Below are positions 37,833 through 46,644 of a DNA stretch of 64,000 nt, one piece after another. The notes under the pieces are model-generated. The model ran no database searches and was not told the origin of the DNA. It worked only from the letters and a program-made list of their open reading frames with translations. Within the stretch, counting starts at the first letter, position 1. Each line of letters opens with the position of its first letter. The stretch is from Bacilli bacterium. GTDB taxonomy: Bacteria > Bacillota_I > Bacilli_A > RF39 > UBA660. Both the position numbers and the translations under genes were made by a program. Where the stretch lies: NCBI GenBank assembly GCA_017612805.1, contig JAGAFD010000007.1:48616-112615 (forward strand). Reading direction: 5' to 3'.

Positions 37833-38504
37833 TTACCATATAAATGGTATCAATTTATATTTTACTTTCTTTTTATACTCTTTATATCCCTTAAGTTCTC
37901 TTTCTAATACTTCTTCTTCATACTTTATTCTTTTGCTAATAATAAATGGATATATTAGGAATATTATAAATGAGATAATTGAACCTAGTATTAGTGGCAT
38001 AGTTAAGAATAACATAAGAGAGGCAGAGTACATTGGATGTCTTACAACACTGTATAAACCACTATCAACTACTTTTTGTTCTTTTTGTACTTCAATAGTT
38101 CTGGAAAGATATGTATTTTCTCTTAATACCTCAGCATATAAGATATATGCAATCATAAATAAAAAAGAAGCAATTATTACAATATATTTAGGCATTATTA
38201 TCCATGAAAATCTATAGTTTAAACCTGCAATTATAAATCCTGATAAAAACATAAATCCACTATATAAAATAACTAACTTTTGTTCTTTTTCATTTTCTTT
38301 AACATCTAATCTGCTTTTTAACAATTGTGGATTCTTAAATATTAATATTATACCCGCCATAAACATTGGAATAAATAATAATGCCATAAAAAGCCATGCG
38401 TTCGAATAGTAAAATGAACCAGCTGAAATAAATAATATAGTACCAACCAATAATACTCCTAAAACAAATTTTGTTATGCCTGATAAAAACAATTTTGCTT
38501 TCAT
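37833..38504 (-). CDS. Isoprenylcysteine carboxyl methyltransferase (ICMT/PEMT) family membrane protein (cassette 2 cargo)
   Basis: Q.VV.SGLY..VRHPMY, RI..EE..L, Y..Y. Confidence 0.88.
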   Translation of the reverse strand: MKAKLFLSGITKFVLGVLLVGTILFISAGSFYYSNAWLFMALLFIPMFMAGIILIFKNPQLLKSRLDVKENEKEQKLVILYSGFMFLSGFIIAGLNYRFSWIIMPKYIVIIASFLFMIAYILYAEVLRENTYLSRTIEVQKEQKVVDSGLYSVVRHPMYSASLMLFLTMPLILGSIISFIIFLIYPFIISKRIKYEEEVLERELKGYKEYKKKVKYKLIPFIW

Positions 38505-38549
38505 ATTATCACATCCTAGTTTAAGTATATCATAATATTTAGGATAATG

Positions 38550-38621
38550 AGTTTTAAACCCTTATTAATTACGTGCCATGAGATTATTAAGCTGCTTCGG
38601 CTACTTTTTTTATGTTATAAT
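38550..38621 (+). repeat. Junction repeat R2 plus head module copy 2
   Basis: AGTTTTAAACCCTTATTAATTACGTGCCAT-GAGATTATTAAGCTGCTTCGGCTACTTTTTTTATGTTATAAT. Confidence 0.95.
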
Positions 38622-38642
38622 GGATATATATGGAGGTATTAT

Positions 38643-39041
38643 ATGAGTACTAAAATTGTTTTAACTGGAATTTTAAAAGACGATAACGAATTGTTAATTG
38701 TTAAAAGAAGTGAAAATGATGATTTATACCCTGGGGCTTGGGAGTTTCCTGGTGGTCATTTAGAAAATGGTGAAACTTTAAAAGAAGGATTAAAAAGAGA
38801 GTTATTTGAGGAAATTGGATTTGATATAGATTTTGAACCAATTATTACACATTATTATGATGAAATTAAAGAAAAAAATAATGAATTGATTCATGACTTA
38901 GAAATTGATTTTATTATAAATGTAAAAAAAGAAGATATTAATGTTGTTTTAAGTAATGAGCATTGTGATTTTAAATGGGTTACTAAAGAATCTGATTTAT
39001 TAGATGAATATATAAAAGATAAATTAATTAACATTAAATGA
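38643..39041 (+). CDS. NUDIX hydrolase (cassette 3 cargo)
   Basis: WEFPGGHLENGET...GLKRELFEEIG; SD GGAGG. Confidence 0.92.
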   Translation: MSTKIVLTGILKDDNELLIVKRSENDDLYPGAWEFPGGHLENGETLKEGLKRELFEEIGFDIDFEPIITHYYDEIKEKNNELIHDLEIDFIINVKKEDINVVLSNEHCDFKWVTKESDLLDEYIKDKLINIK

Positions 39042-39043
39042 AT

Positions 39044-39115
39044 AGTTTTAAACCCCTATCAATTACGTGCCATAAGATTACTAAGTAGCTTCGGCTACTT
39101 TTTTTATGTTATAAT
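39044..39115 (+). repeat. Junction repeat R3 plus head module copy 3
   Basis: AGTTTTAAACCCCTATCAATTACGTGCCAT-AAGATTACTAAGTAGCTTCGGCTACTTTTTTTATGTTATAAT. Confidence 0.95.
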
Positions 39116-39131
39116 GTATCTAGGTGATATT

Positions 39132-39689
39132 ATGGAAGATATCGAGATAAGCTTATCAGTTGACAAAGAACCATATATAAAAAAGATAACTGATGATAGA
39201 ATTATTAATCTTACTGGACAAAGTGGATCTGGTAAATCTACGTATGCTATGAACCATTTTAACACTAATGAATATTTAGTAATTGATACTGATGATATTT
39301 TTTCTGATAATCGTTTTAAAGATAGCGTAGGTATTAATAGAGAATTAGGAGAATATTTTAGAAATAAATATCCTACATTGCCTAATTGTGGTGATGATTT
39401 TGATCTTATTTATAAGGAAATATTAGATTATTGTCAAAAATATGATAAAACGATTGTTATTGATTGTGCACAATTTCATTGTATTAAAGATATTTCCCTA
39501 TTAAAAGGAACTATAATTGTGATTAGAACTTGTATTGATAATTGTTATAACAGGGCGATTGAAAGATATAAACAAATTACGAAGGATTATACGGAAGAGG
39601 ACTTAATTAACTATCAAAACAAGAAAAAAAGTTTATATGTATGGTATAAATACACTAATGAATTTTTAAATAAAATAGACAAATTATAA
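39132..39689 (+). CDS. P-loop nucleotide-kinase-like protein
   Basis: GQSGSGKST, IDTDDI, IVID. Confidence 0.8.
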   Translation: MEDIEISLSVDKEPYIKKITDDRIINLTGQSGSGKSTYAMNHFNTNEYLVIDTDDIFSDNRFKDSVGINRELGEYFRNKYPTLPNCGDDFDLIYKEILDYCQKYDKTIVIDCAQFHCIKDISLLKGTIIVIRTCIDNCYNRAIERYKQITKDYTEEDLINYQNKKKSLYVWYKYTNEFLNKIDKL

Positions 39690-39691
39690 AT

Positions 39692-39717
39692 AAAACACTA
39701 ACTTACGTTAGTGTTTT
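39692..39717. terminator. Bidirectional terminator, family B copy 2
   Basis: AAAACACTAAC-TTAC-GTTAGTGTTTT. Confidence 0.85.
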
Positions 39718-40118
39718 TTTAACCACATATACATACCATCTTCAGCTACTTTTTTATTAGCTTTAAATCCGAATTTTTTATAAAAATCTTGTTTACCTGG
39801 CGCTGATAATAGTTGAATCATTATTTGCTCATCATCTTCTAAATTATTTTTTAAGTGTCTTATTAAATATTGAATCATTTTTTTGCCATAACCTTTACCT
39901 TGGTAATCAGGATGAACAATAACATCCATTAATAATCCTGCATATCCACCATCAGTTACATATCTTGCCATACCAATGGTTTTACCATCAAGCACATATT
40001 TAACATTAATACCGTTTGCTAATGAAATTTTTAATAATCTTTCTGATGGTTGCTTCCAACCAAGGGAGTTTAATAAATAATAGTATTCTTCTGCTGTTAA
40101 TTTATTTAGTTCAATCAT
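39708..40118 (-). CDS. GNAT N-acetyltransferase
   Basis: DVIVHPDYQGKGYG, FYKKFGF. Confidence 0.92.
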   Translation of the reverse strand: MIELNKLTAEEYYYLLNSLGWKQPSERLLKISLANGINVKYVLDGKTIGMARYVTDGGYAGLLMDVIVHPDYQGKGYGKKMIQYLIRHLKNNLEDDEQIMIQLLSAPGKQDFYKKFGFKANKKVAEDGMYMWLKKH

Positions 40119-40212
40119 GTTAGTATTCACCTCATAATTATTATATCATAATAAAAATATTGGAGTTTCTCAATATAATTATGTTATAATTAAAACATAG
40201 GAGGGTTTGTTG

Positions 40213-40983
40213 ATGGATTGTATAATAACAAATAAACGCAGAGAAAGAATTATTGAGAATACTATAAAGATAATAAATGATTTTAAAGATATGGATGAAG
40301 TAGAAGCAATATGGATTGAAAGCTATAAAGGACCTACTATTATTAGAAATATTATTGATGAAATAACTACTTTATCAGGAGGATCAGGTCTTACTAAAAC
40401 AGGTAACGTACTATTTATTATGTTAATATGTAATACTGATGATCCATCTGAGGAATTTAGACGTAAGTTCTGGGATATTGGTACCGCTTATGAAAAGTTT
40501 AATATTTGTTCAAAACTAGGTGTCGATATTAAATTAAACTGGCGTGATAATAAAAACTACGTTTTATTATCTGATAGTGACAGGGATAAAACAGCAAAAT
40601 TGTATGATATGTTATATTCTAATAAAGTAGATTATGCTAGTGCATTAGATTATATCAAAAGGGTAGTAGTCCCAAAAGATTATAAATTTAGTGATTATCA
40701 CAATTATTTTAATCATATTCTACCATCAAAAATTGATAATGGTAAAAAAAGTAATGTTATACATCAGGCGCTTGAATATATTAATAATAGTTATGTGAGT
40801 ACACGATTTTTATCTGCTGGCCATGTTGTTGTAGATAAGACGCCAGATAATTTCTATAAAAAAGTTGCAACTCAATTTGATGAATATCCAGCAGTTAAAC
40901 CAAGCTATGAATCTAGAACTAATCGACTTATGGATCTTGGTATTAATGATCAAATTGTTAAAAAATTAAGTAATAATAATTAA
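40213..40983 (+). CDS. Hypothetical protein
   Basis: ORF with SD GGAGG, own promoter and terminator. Confidence 0.7.
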   Translation: MDCIITNKRRERIIENTIKIINDFKDMDEVEAIWIESYKGPTIIRNIIDEITTLSGGSGLTKTGNVLFIMLICNTDDPSEEFRRKFWDIGTAYEKFNICSKLGVDIKLNWRDNKNYVLLSDSDRDKTAKLYDMLYSNKVDYASALDYIKRVVVPKDYKFSDYHNYFNHILPSKIDNGKKSNVIHQALEYINNSYVSTRFLSAGHVVVDKTPDNFYKKVATQFDEYPAVKPSYESRTNRLMDLGINDQIVKKLSNNN

Positions 40984-41088
40984 AAGAACATTATCAATGT
41001 TCTTTTTTATTGACGCTTTTAAATGTAATATTCATGATATATTACCTAATATGATTATAACATGATATAATTTAATTAGGAGGATGTT

Positions 41089-41289
41089 ATGAGTAAGGTA
41101 GTTAGAAAACAAGTTAAATGTATAAAATGTGGTGAAGAAAGTGAACAATTAATAGTTTACAGCGTTAATTATTTGCTTGGAACTAAAGAAGATAATGATC
41201 GATTAATGCAACATAAGCAAAAGTGTCCTAAATGTGGATATGAAGCACCAGATATTTCTAAAGAAGAAATTAAAAACACTAACAATTAG
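41089..41289 (+). CDS. Small zinc-ribbon protein
   Basis: CIKC...CPKC; SD AGGAGG. Confidence 0.75.
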   Translation: MSKVVRKQVKCIKCGEESEQLIVYSVNYLLGTKEDNDRLMQHKQKCPKCGYEAPDISKEEIKNTNN

Positions 41290-41299
41290 TTAGTGTTTT
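41273..41299. terminator. Bidirectional terminator, family B copy 3
   Basis: AAAACACTAAC-AATTA-GTTAGTGTTTT overlapping two convergent stops. Confidence 0.85.
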
Positions 41300-41585
41300 T
41301 TAATCCATTATAAGTATCAGTAATTATTTCTCTAATTAGTTCTTTATTATCAACATCACTTATCAAATACATTGGTTTAGCCCCATTATAGGGGATTGCT
41401 TCTTCTAAGTGATACTTTTCATTATTGTTTACTTTTTTAACAAGCAGGCGATCATCATAAATACCACCAAATAAGATATTGTTATAGTATAAAAGATATT
41501 CACCCATCATTGGTTTATAGGTAATACTATCTAATAAATCTAATTGTTCTAAGATAAAATCTTTATAATCTTTTGTTGTTGTCAT
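41286..41585 (-). CDS. TfoX/Sxy N-terminal domain protein
   Basis: K.MMGEY.LY.....GGIYDDRLLVK, PY.GAK. Confidence 0.85.
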   Translation of the reverse strand: MTTTKDYKDFILEQLDLLDSITYKPMMGEYLLYYNNILFGGIYDDRLLVKKVNNNEKYHLEEAIPYNGAKPMYLISDVDNKELIREIITDTYNGLKNTN

Positions 41586-41587
41586 GT

Positions 41588-41857
41588 TTAATTCCAATTC
41601 AAATAAAATAAGTAAACAAATAATAAAGCTAGTATAAAATAGAATATGGCGATTGCTTTAGAACGACGCCATGCATTAATACCATCAGTAGTCATTAAAA
41701 TAATAAATAATGGTACAAAATACTTAGTTGGGAATTTAATTAAACCACATGCTTTTAAAAATATTGCAATCATTATAGTAGTTGAAATTGTGAATGTAAA
41801 AACAGATAATGTTCTTTCTAAAGGTAGAGCATCATCCCATTTTCTTAAAAATCTCAT
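41588..41857 (-). CDS. Small membrane protein
   Basis: Three hydrophobic segments; SD AGGTG. Confidence 0.65.
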   Translation of the reverse strand: MRFLRKWDDALPLERTLSVFTFTISTTIMIAIFLKACGLIKFPTKYFVPLFIILMTTDGINAWRRSKAIAIFYFILALLFVYLFYLNWN

Positions 41858-41919
41858 ATTATCACCTAACTTAATTATAACACTATGTGATATAATGAGA
41901 AAGAAGTGTTGGTGATAAA

Positions 41920-42462
41920 ATGATTAAACTTTATATTGTTAGACATAGTAAGACATTATGGAATGAACAAAGATTAATTCAAGGAAGAACAGATTTAGAT
42001 TTATCTCCTTTAGGAATTAGTGATGCTGAAAAATTAAAAGAACAAATTGATTTAAATAAAATCGATATTTGTTTTTGCTCACCACTTTTAAGAGCTAAAA
42101 GTACTGCTAAAATAATTACTGATAATAAAATTGACATTATTTATGATGATTTATTAATAGAACGAGATTGTGGCATATTAGAAGGGACACCTTCGCAAAA
42201 TATGGATAATTTAAGAAGAACATGGGATTTAAAGTTAGATGATACTTCGGATAATAATGAACCATTATCTAGTTTGTTAGAAAGAGCAAGATTATTTATT
42301 GAAAAGTTAAAAAATGAGTATGATGGCAAATCAGTTTTAATTGTTTCTCATGCTTGTTTAATTAAATGTATCCATTTTAATTTATTAGGTTATGATGAAA
42401 ATACAGACTTTTTATCTTGGTATCCCGATAATGCATGTGTTTATGAATATGAAATCAAATAA
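41920..42462 (+). CDS. Histidine phosphatase family protein
   Basis: LYIVRHS.T.WN, SPL.RA, LIVSH. Confidence 0.9.
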   Translation: MIKLYIVRHSKTLWNEQRLIQGRTDLDLSPLGISDAEKLKEQIDLNKIDICFCSPLLRAKSTAKIITDNKIDIIYDDLLIERDCGILEGTPSQNMDNLRRTWDLKLDDTSDNNEPLSSLLERARLFIEKLKNEYDGKSVLIVSHACLIKCIHFNLLGYDENTDFLSWYPDNACVYEYEIK

Positions 42463-42494
42463 AAAACTCCTAATGGAGTTTTTTATATTTAAAA

Positions 42495-42833
42495 TTATTT
42501 TCGAATAAGGACATGTTTAAAGTATTGTTCTTGGAATTCAGTAAGTGCCTCAATGGCATCGTCTGAGTAATATTTATCAATAGGAACAACAACTAGTTTA
42601 TCATCGTCATCATCAGTACGATGAATAATTGCAATACATTTTCCTTCGTATTCTTCTACTGGTTGAAATACGCCAAGCAAATAAGCGTCAAGTTCTTCTC
42701 CATCACCACTAATAGTGTTAGGAACATATCCATAATTAACTGGATAGATAAATCCATGTTTTGGATGAGCAGATCCAAATTTGCGATCAATCTTAATATT
42801 AATGATTTGATCTAAGTATTTTTCATTTTCCAT
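42495..42833 (-). CDS. Inorganic pyrophosphatase-like protein
   Basis: YPVNYGY, DGEELDAY, DDDDKLV. Confidence 0.85.
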   Translation of the reverse strand: MENEKYLDQIINIKIDRKFGSAHPKHGFIYPVNYGYVPNTISGDGEELDAYLLGVFQPVEEYEGKCIAIIHRTDDDDDKLVVVPIDKYYSDDAIEALTEFQEQYFKHVLIRK

Positions 42834-42955
42834 TAAAGCACCTCTTTTCAAAATTAATTATATTCTAATGCATTTGACACATATTGTAAATAGAAAGTTA
42901 TAAAGCTTGCTTATAAAATTAAGATTATTTTATACTATAAGTGGAGGGATATAAC

Positions 42956-43222
42956 ATGAATTATAAAGATTATATTGTACGTAATGCAAAACTTATACAA
43001 GACGGAAAGATATCTAATGAAAATGATATTTCTACCGTAGCTCACCATGTTCGTTGGGCTAATCAGTTATCTGCTCGATTAGATAAACTTGATCCAGATC
43101 AAAGACAAATAGCAATGCAAAATATTATTAATGTTATGAATGATGATTATAAAGCACTCGGTTTTATTATTGATGAAGATAACGAAATAACTGAAGAAAT
43201 ACCTACTATGGGTGGAATGTAA
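42956..43222 (+). CDS. Hypothetical protein
   Basis: SD GGAGG; followed by a terminator. Confidence 0.65.
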   Translation: MNYKDYIVRNAKLIQDGKISNENDISTVAHHVRWANQLSARLDKLDPDQRQIAMQNIINVMNDDYKALGFIIDEDNEITEEIPTMGGM

Positions 43223-43338
43223 TTAATACTACGTTAGGTAGTATTTTTTTTATGATAAGTTGATGTAAAGGTAGTAATAAAAGTTTGATTATAATAGTTT
43301 AATTAATGTTATACTTATTATAGAGAGTAGGTTTTGAT

Positions 43339-43917
43339 ATGGATCGAATTGAAAAAGAAGGTTTAAATACTATTCGCCTTGAAACTTTAGTAGATTATTT
43401 TACTCCAGAAAATATTGGTTTTTTAGCTGATCATCATTTTTATTGTTTAGGAGATTTATTTGAAGCTGCTAATCAAGCTAATTTTTATGAAATGTTTAAA
43501 AATGAACAAAAGCAATACATGGATATTGTTGGTTCAATTAAAATATTAAAATGTAAATATTTAGATGAAGATCCATTTATTGATATTAACGATAGTTATA
43601 CTCGTATTGAAGAAGTTGCTTTTCGAATGGGATTTAAATTTCAAACTAGAAAAGAATTAGTTGATAATAAGATTAAAACGGTTAAAGAATTATTTGAATT
43701 AGTAAATAAAAATGGTTTTAATGAAAACCATTTCTTCTCACCATCATCAATTAACGAAATTAAAGCAAAATGTGGAGTAGTTTTTAATTATGGTAGAATT
43801 CATCAATTTAATAACAGCATTGAATTATTGAAGAATGATTTTGCTAAATTAAAAGTTAGAAATGATGTTTTAGATGTACAATTAGGAGCTAATAAAAAGA
43901 AAGTAGGGTTGTTTTAA
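43339..43917 (+). CDS. Hypothetical protein with RNA polymerase alpha-CTD-like repeats
   Basis: MGF..QT...L....IKTVKEL...FSPSS.NEI pattern; weaker copy in the N-terminal half. Confidence 0.5.
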   Translation: MDRIEKEGLNTIRLETLVDYFTPENIGFLADHHFYCLGDLFEAANQANFYEMFKNEQKQYMDIVGSIKILKCKYLDEDPFIDINDSYTRIEEVAFRMGFKFQTRKELVDNKIKTVKELFELVNKNGFNENHFFSPSSINEIKAKCGVVFNYGRIHQFNNSIELLKNDFAKLKVRNDVLDVQLGANKKKVGLF

Positions 43918-44030
43918 TGGATAAGAGTAGTATTATATTAGAAATAAAACAAAAATTAGATTTATTAAAACAAGAAATCCTAATTAAAGAATTAGAAATA
44001 ACAAATATTATTATGGAAGATAACAATTAA
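43917..44030 (+). CDS. Small coiled-coil protein (37 aa), absent from the ORF track
   Basis: TAATG overlap with the upstream stop; MDKSSIILEIKQKLDLLKQEILIKELEITNIIMEDNN; ends at a terminator. Confidence 0.5.
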   Translation: MDKSSIILEIKQKLDLLKQEILIKELEITNIIMEDNN

Positions 44031-44105
44031 AAAGAGCTTTTATAATGAAGTGAACCCCAAATAGTTCACAAGAAAAAAAGAGAGTTTTAAAGGAAGTAAA
44101 GTAAA

Positions 44106-44864
44106 TTACTTCCTATTTTTTGACTTTAATCTAGTTGTATTATAGAATAATATCCATTCTTCTACAAGTTTTTGGTATTCTTGTAAAGATATGATATTAT
44201 TGTTATGCAAGGTTTCCTTTTTAAGGATACCATGCCAACTTTCCATTGGTGAATCATCTATCGGAGTACCTTTTCTGGACATAGAAATAGTTATTCCATT
44301 AGATTTACAAATGGATTTGTATTCAAAAGATGTATATTGGAAGCCTTGATCACTGTGAATGATGAGTCCATGTACATCTTTTCTTTTTGAAATAGCTTCA
44401 TTTAATGTATCAATCACAAGTTGATTATTATTAAATTTTGATATTTTATAAGCAACAACTTTTCTATCATATAAATCTAATATGGTTGATAAATATAAAC
44501 GCTTATTTTTAAATATTAGATATGTAATATCTGTTGTCCATTTTTCATTAGGTTTATTTGCTTTAAAATTCCTTTTTAATATATTAGGCTGTACATTTTC
44601 TTCAATTCTTTTATAAGTATTTGGTCTAGTTCTCTTTATATATTCAGGCTTTAAATAATATTTTTTCATTATTCTAGCAACCTTTTTATGATTAAATATT
44701 ACACCATATTCAATCTTTAAGCCTTCTGTTATCCTTCGATATCCATATGTGCCCTTAGATTTATTAAATACATTTTTAATCATTAAGTAATCTAAATAAT
44801 CAGGATCATCTGAATTTCTATATTTATAATAAGTTCTTCTACTTATTTCCAAAACAGCACACAT
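44106..44864 (-). CDS. IS3 transposase OrfB (DDE/rve)
   Basis: YGYRRI, W.TDITY, HSDQGFQY, D.SPMESW..LK.E. Confidence 0.95.
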   Translation of the reverse strand: MCAVLEISRRTYYKYRNSDDPDYLDYLMIKNVFNKSKGTYGYRRITEGLKIEYGVIFNHKKVARIMKKYYLKPEYIKRTRPNTYKRIEENVQPNILKRNFKANKPNEKWTTDITYLIFKNKRLYLSTILDLYDRKVVAYKISKFNNNQLVIDTLNEAISKRKDVHGLIIHSDQGFQYTSFEYKSICKSNGITISMSRKGTPIDDSPMESWHGILKKETLHNNNIISLQEYQKLVEEWILFYNTTRLKSKNRK

Positions 44865-44905
44865 GTTTGAAAGTTTATATTTATTAATATATAAATTTAT
44901 AAATG

Positions 44906-45178
44906 TTACTTTCTCTTTCGTTGTGCCTTTAGGAAGGCTTGGTATTTTTTTAATATTTCATATCTTTCTTTATAATCAATATTTTCTTCTTTTCTACGTC
45001 CTCTTGAATGATTTATATCATTTTCTTGAGAATGATATAATTTTTCTTTTTTTAACCAATTAAAAATTGTTTTATATGATATTCCATATTCTTTTTGTAA
45101 AGAATTTAATGTTCCATTGCCATTAAAATATTTATTGACAATTTCTTTTTTAAGATTAATATCATAGTGTTTTCCCAT
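44906..45178 (-). CDS. IS3 transposase OrfA (HTH)
   Basis: HTH; A7 slippery run at 44945-44951 leads by -1 shift into the orfB frame. Confidence 0.9.
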   Translation of the reverse strand: MGKHYDINLKKEIVNKYFNGNGTLNSLQKEYGISYKTIFNWLKKEKLYHSQENDINHSRGRRKEENIDYKERYEILKKYQAFLKAQRKRK

Positions 45179-45276
45179 AAAAATAACATCTCCTTTTCTT
45201 AAGATGTTATTTTATATTATTATTCTCTTTTTTTTTAAGTGCCCAAAATAGGGTTCACTTCAATAAAGCTCTTTTT

Positions 45277-46077
45277 TTATTTAGTTGTTTCAAGCGGTTT
45301 GGTATATTTAATACAAATATTATCAGTTAAGGTATATTCACTATCATTACATTTACCGGCAGTAATTTCTTCGCTAGTAGCATCTTTAGTATATTTACAT
45401 AAATATTCATTATTTCTAGTGACTACTAATCCGCCTGGACATTCTCCTATACCTTCTTTAGTTTCTTCTTTTTTATAATATGTTTCATTTACTGTTGTTT
45501 CAGTTTTAGTTGATTTAGTAGTTTCTTCATTCTTTTCCCAATTAGCATATAAAGTAATATCATCACATGTTAATAGGGCACCATCTAAAATTACTTTACC
45601 ATGTTTATCAGCCCATGAAACAAATGTATAACCAGCTTTAGTAGGATTACTTGGTAATTTTACCGTATCATCACATTTAATAATAACGTTTTTAACTTTA
45701 CTACCACCATTAGAATTAAATGAGATGGTATAAGTTTTAGGAGTATTAGTAGTTAATACCCATTTAGCAGTTAAAGTAATATCTTTTTTAAATGTATAAT
45801 CTTCATCAATTAATGTTTCATCATAATACCAACCATCAAATTCATAACCATCTCTTACTGGTGTTGGTAAGTTAGTTGCTTCATCTTTTCTAACTTTAAT
45901 ACTTTTTAAATCATCTCCACCTGCAGTATCAAATTTAATAGTTATAGTAGTATTTTTAATACTGTTATCGTTTTTAACGAATACTAATGCACCTGTAATT
46001 AAGATAATTGCAACAATTAGTCCAATTATTGCTAAAGCTATAGCAATAATGGCACCAATAATAAAACCTTTTTTCAT
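45277..46077 (-). CDS. Membrane-anchored protein with two InlB B-repeats
   Basis: F.T.GG......LP.P.R.GY.F.GW twice. Confidence 0.85.
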   Translation of the reverse strand: MKKGFIIGAIIAIALAIIGLIVAIILITGALVFVKNDNSIKNTTITIKFDTAGGDDLKSIKVRKDEATNLPTPVRDGYEFDGWYYDETLIDEDYTFKKDITLTAKWVLTTNTPKTYTISFNSNGGSKVKNVIIKCDDTVKLPSNPTKAGYTFVSWADKHGKVILDGALLTCDDITLYANWEKNEETTKSTKTETTVNETYYKKEETKEGIGECPGGLVVTRNNEYLCKYTKDATSEEITAGKCNDSEYTLTDNICIKYTKPLETTK

Positions 46078-46164
46078 ATAATCGCCTTCCTCTAATCTTA
46101 TTATTACAAATATCATTAATTATTTCAATTCTAAAATCATATATTTAAAAGAAAGGATAAAAAT

Positions 46165-46644
46165 ATGATTTTAATAATACATGATCTTTTAGAAGAAGAA
46201 TTTCAAAAATTAAATATTAAAGGTGATAAAGTTTTATCATCAGATATGAAAATAACTAAGTGCATGGGTTGTTTTGATTGTTGGATTAAAAATCAAGGTT
46301 ATTGTAAGTATAAAGATAATTTTTATAATATGAAAGACTTATATAATGAAGCGGATAAAATCATTGTTATTAGTAAGAATTGTTATGGAATGTTTTCTCC
46401 ATTTATAAAAAACGTCTTTGATCGTAGTATTGGTTATATTAAACCGTATTTTCGAACTTATAAAGATGAAGTACATCATCAAATGCATAGTGATAAAGTA
46501 TTAAAAATGGAATATATCATTTATGGTGACATGAATAAGCTTTATCAAAATACCTTTGATAAATTATTAACATTTAATCAAGAAAACTTTGTTAATGATT
46601 ATCAAGTTAAATATGTTGATAGAATCGAGGATTTATATGAATAG
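46165..46644 (+). CDS. Iron-sulfur flavoprotein / flavodoxin-like protein
   Basis: CMGCFDCW.....C, SP..KN.FDR. Confidence 0.8.
   Translation: MILIIHDLLEEEFQKLNIKGDKVLSSDMKITKCMGCFDCWIKNQGYCKYKDNFYNMKDLYNEADKIIVISKNCYGMFSPFIKNVFDRSIGYIKPYFRTYKDEVHHQMHSDKVLKMEYIIYGDMNKLYQNTFDKLLTFNQENFVNDYQVKYVDRIEDLYE

Larger units (their letters stand above)
44046..45262 (-). mobile_element. IS3-family (IS150-like) insertion sequence, 1217 bp
   Basis: Terminal IRs TGAAGTGAACCC / GGGTTCACTTCA, ATAA target duplication, orfA plus orfB. Confidence 0.95.

Noticed and set aside
38547-38642. N-terminal extension of the NUDIX ORF
   Set aside because: It runs through repeat R2, the terminator and the promoter; the SD GGAGG supports 38643.
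37751-39073. 30-bp repeats read as a CRISPR array
   Set aside because: The intervals are about 460-770 bp and contain whole genes; there are no cas genes in the window.
37751-39115. Classical integron attC sites
   Set aside because: No RYYYAAC...GTTRRRY hairpin with extrahelical bases and no intI; units have their own promoters and both orientations.
38643-39689. TGA readthrough would fuse the NUDIX gene in frame with the kinase through R3
   Set aside because: The frame is open for 24 codons, but a terminator, a new promoter and an SD lie between the genes; probably chance.
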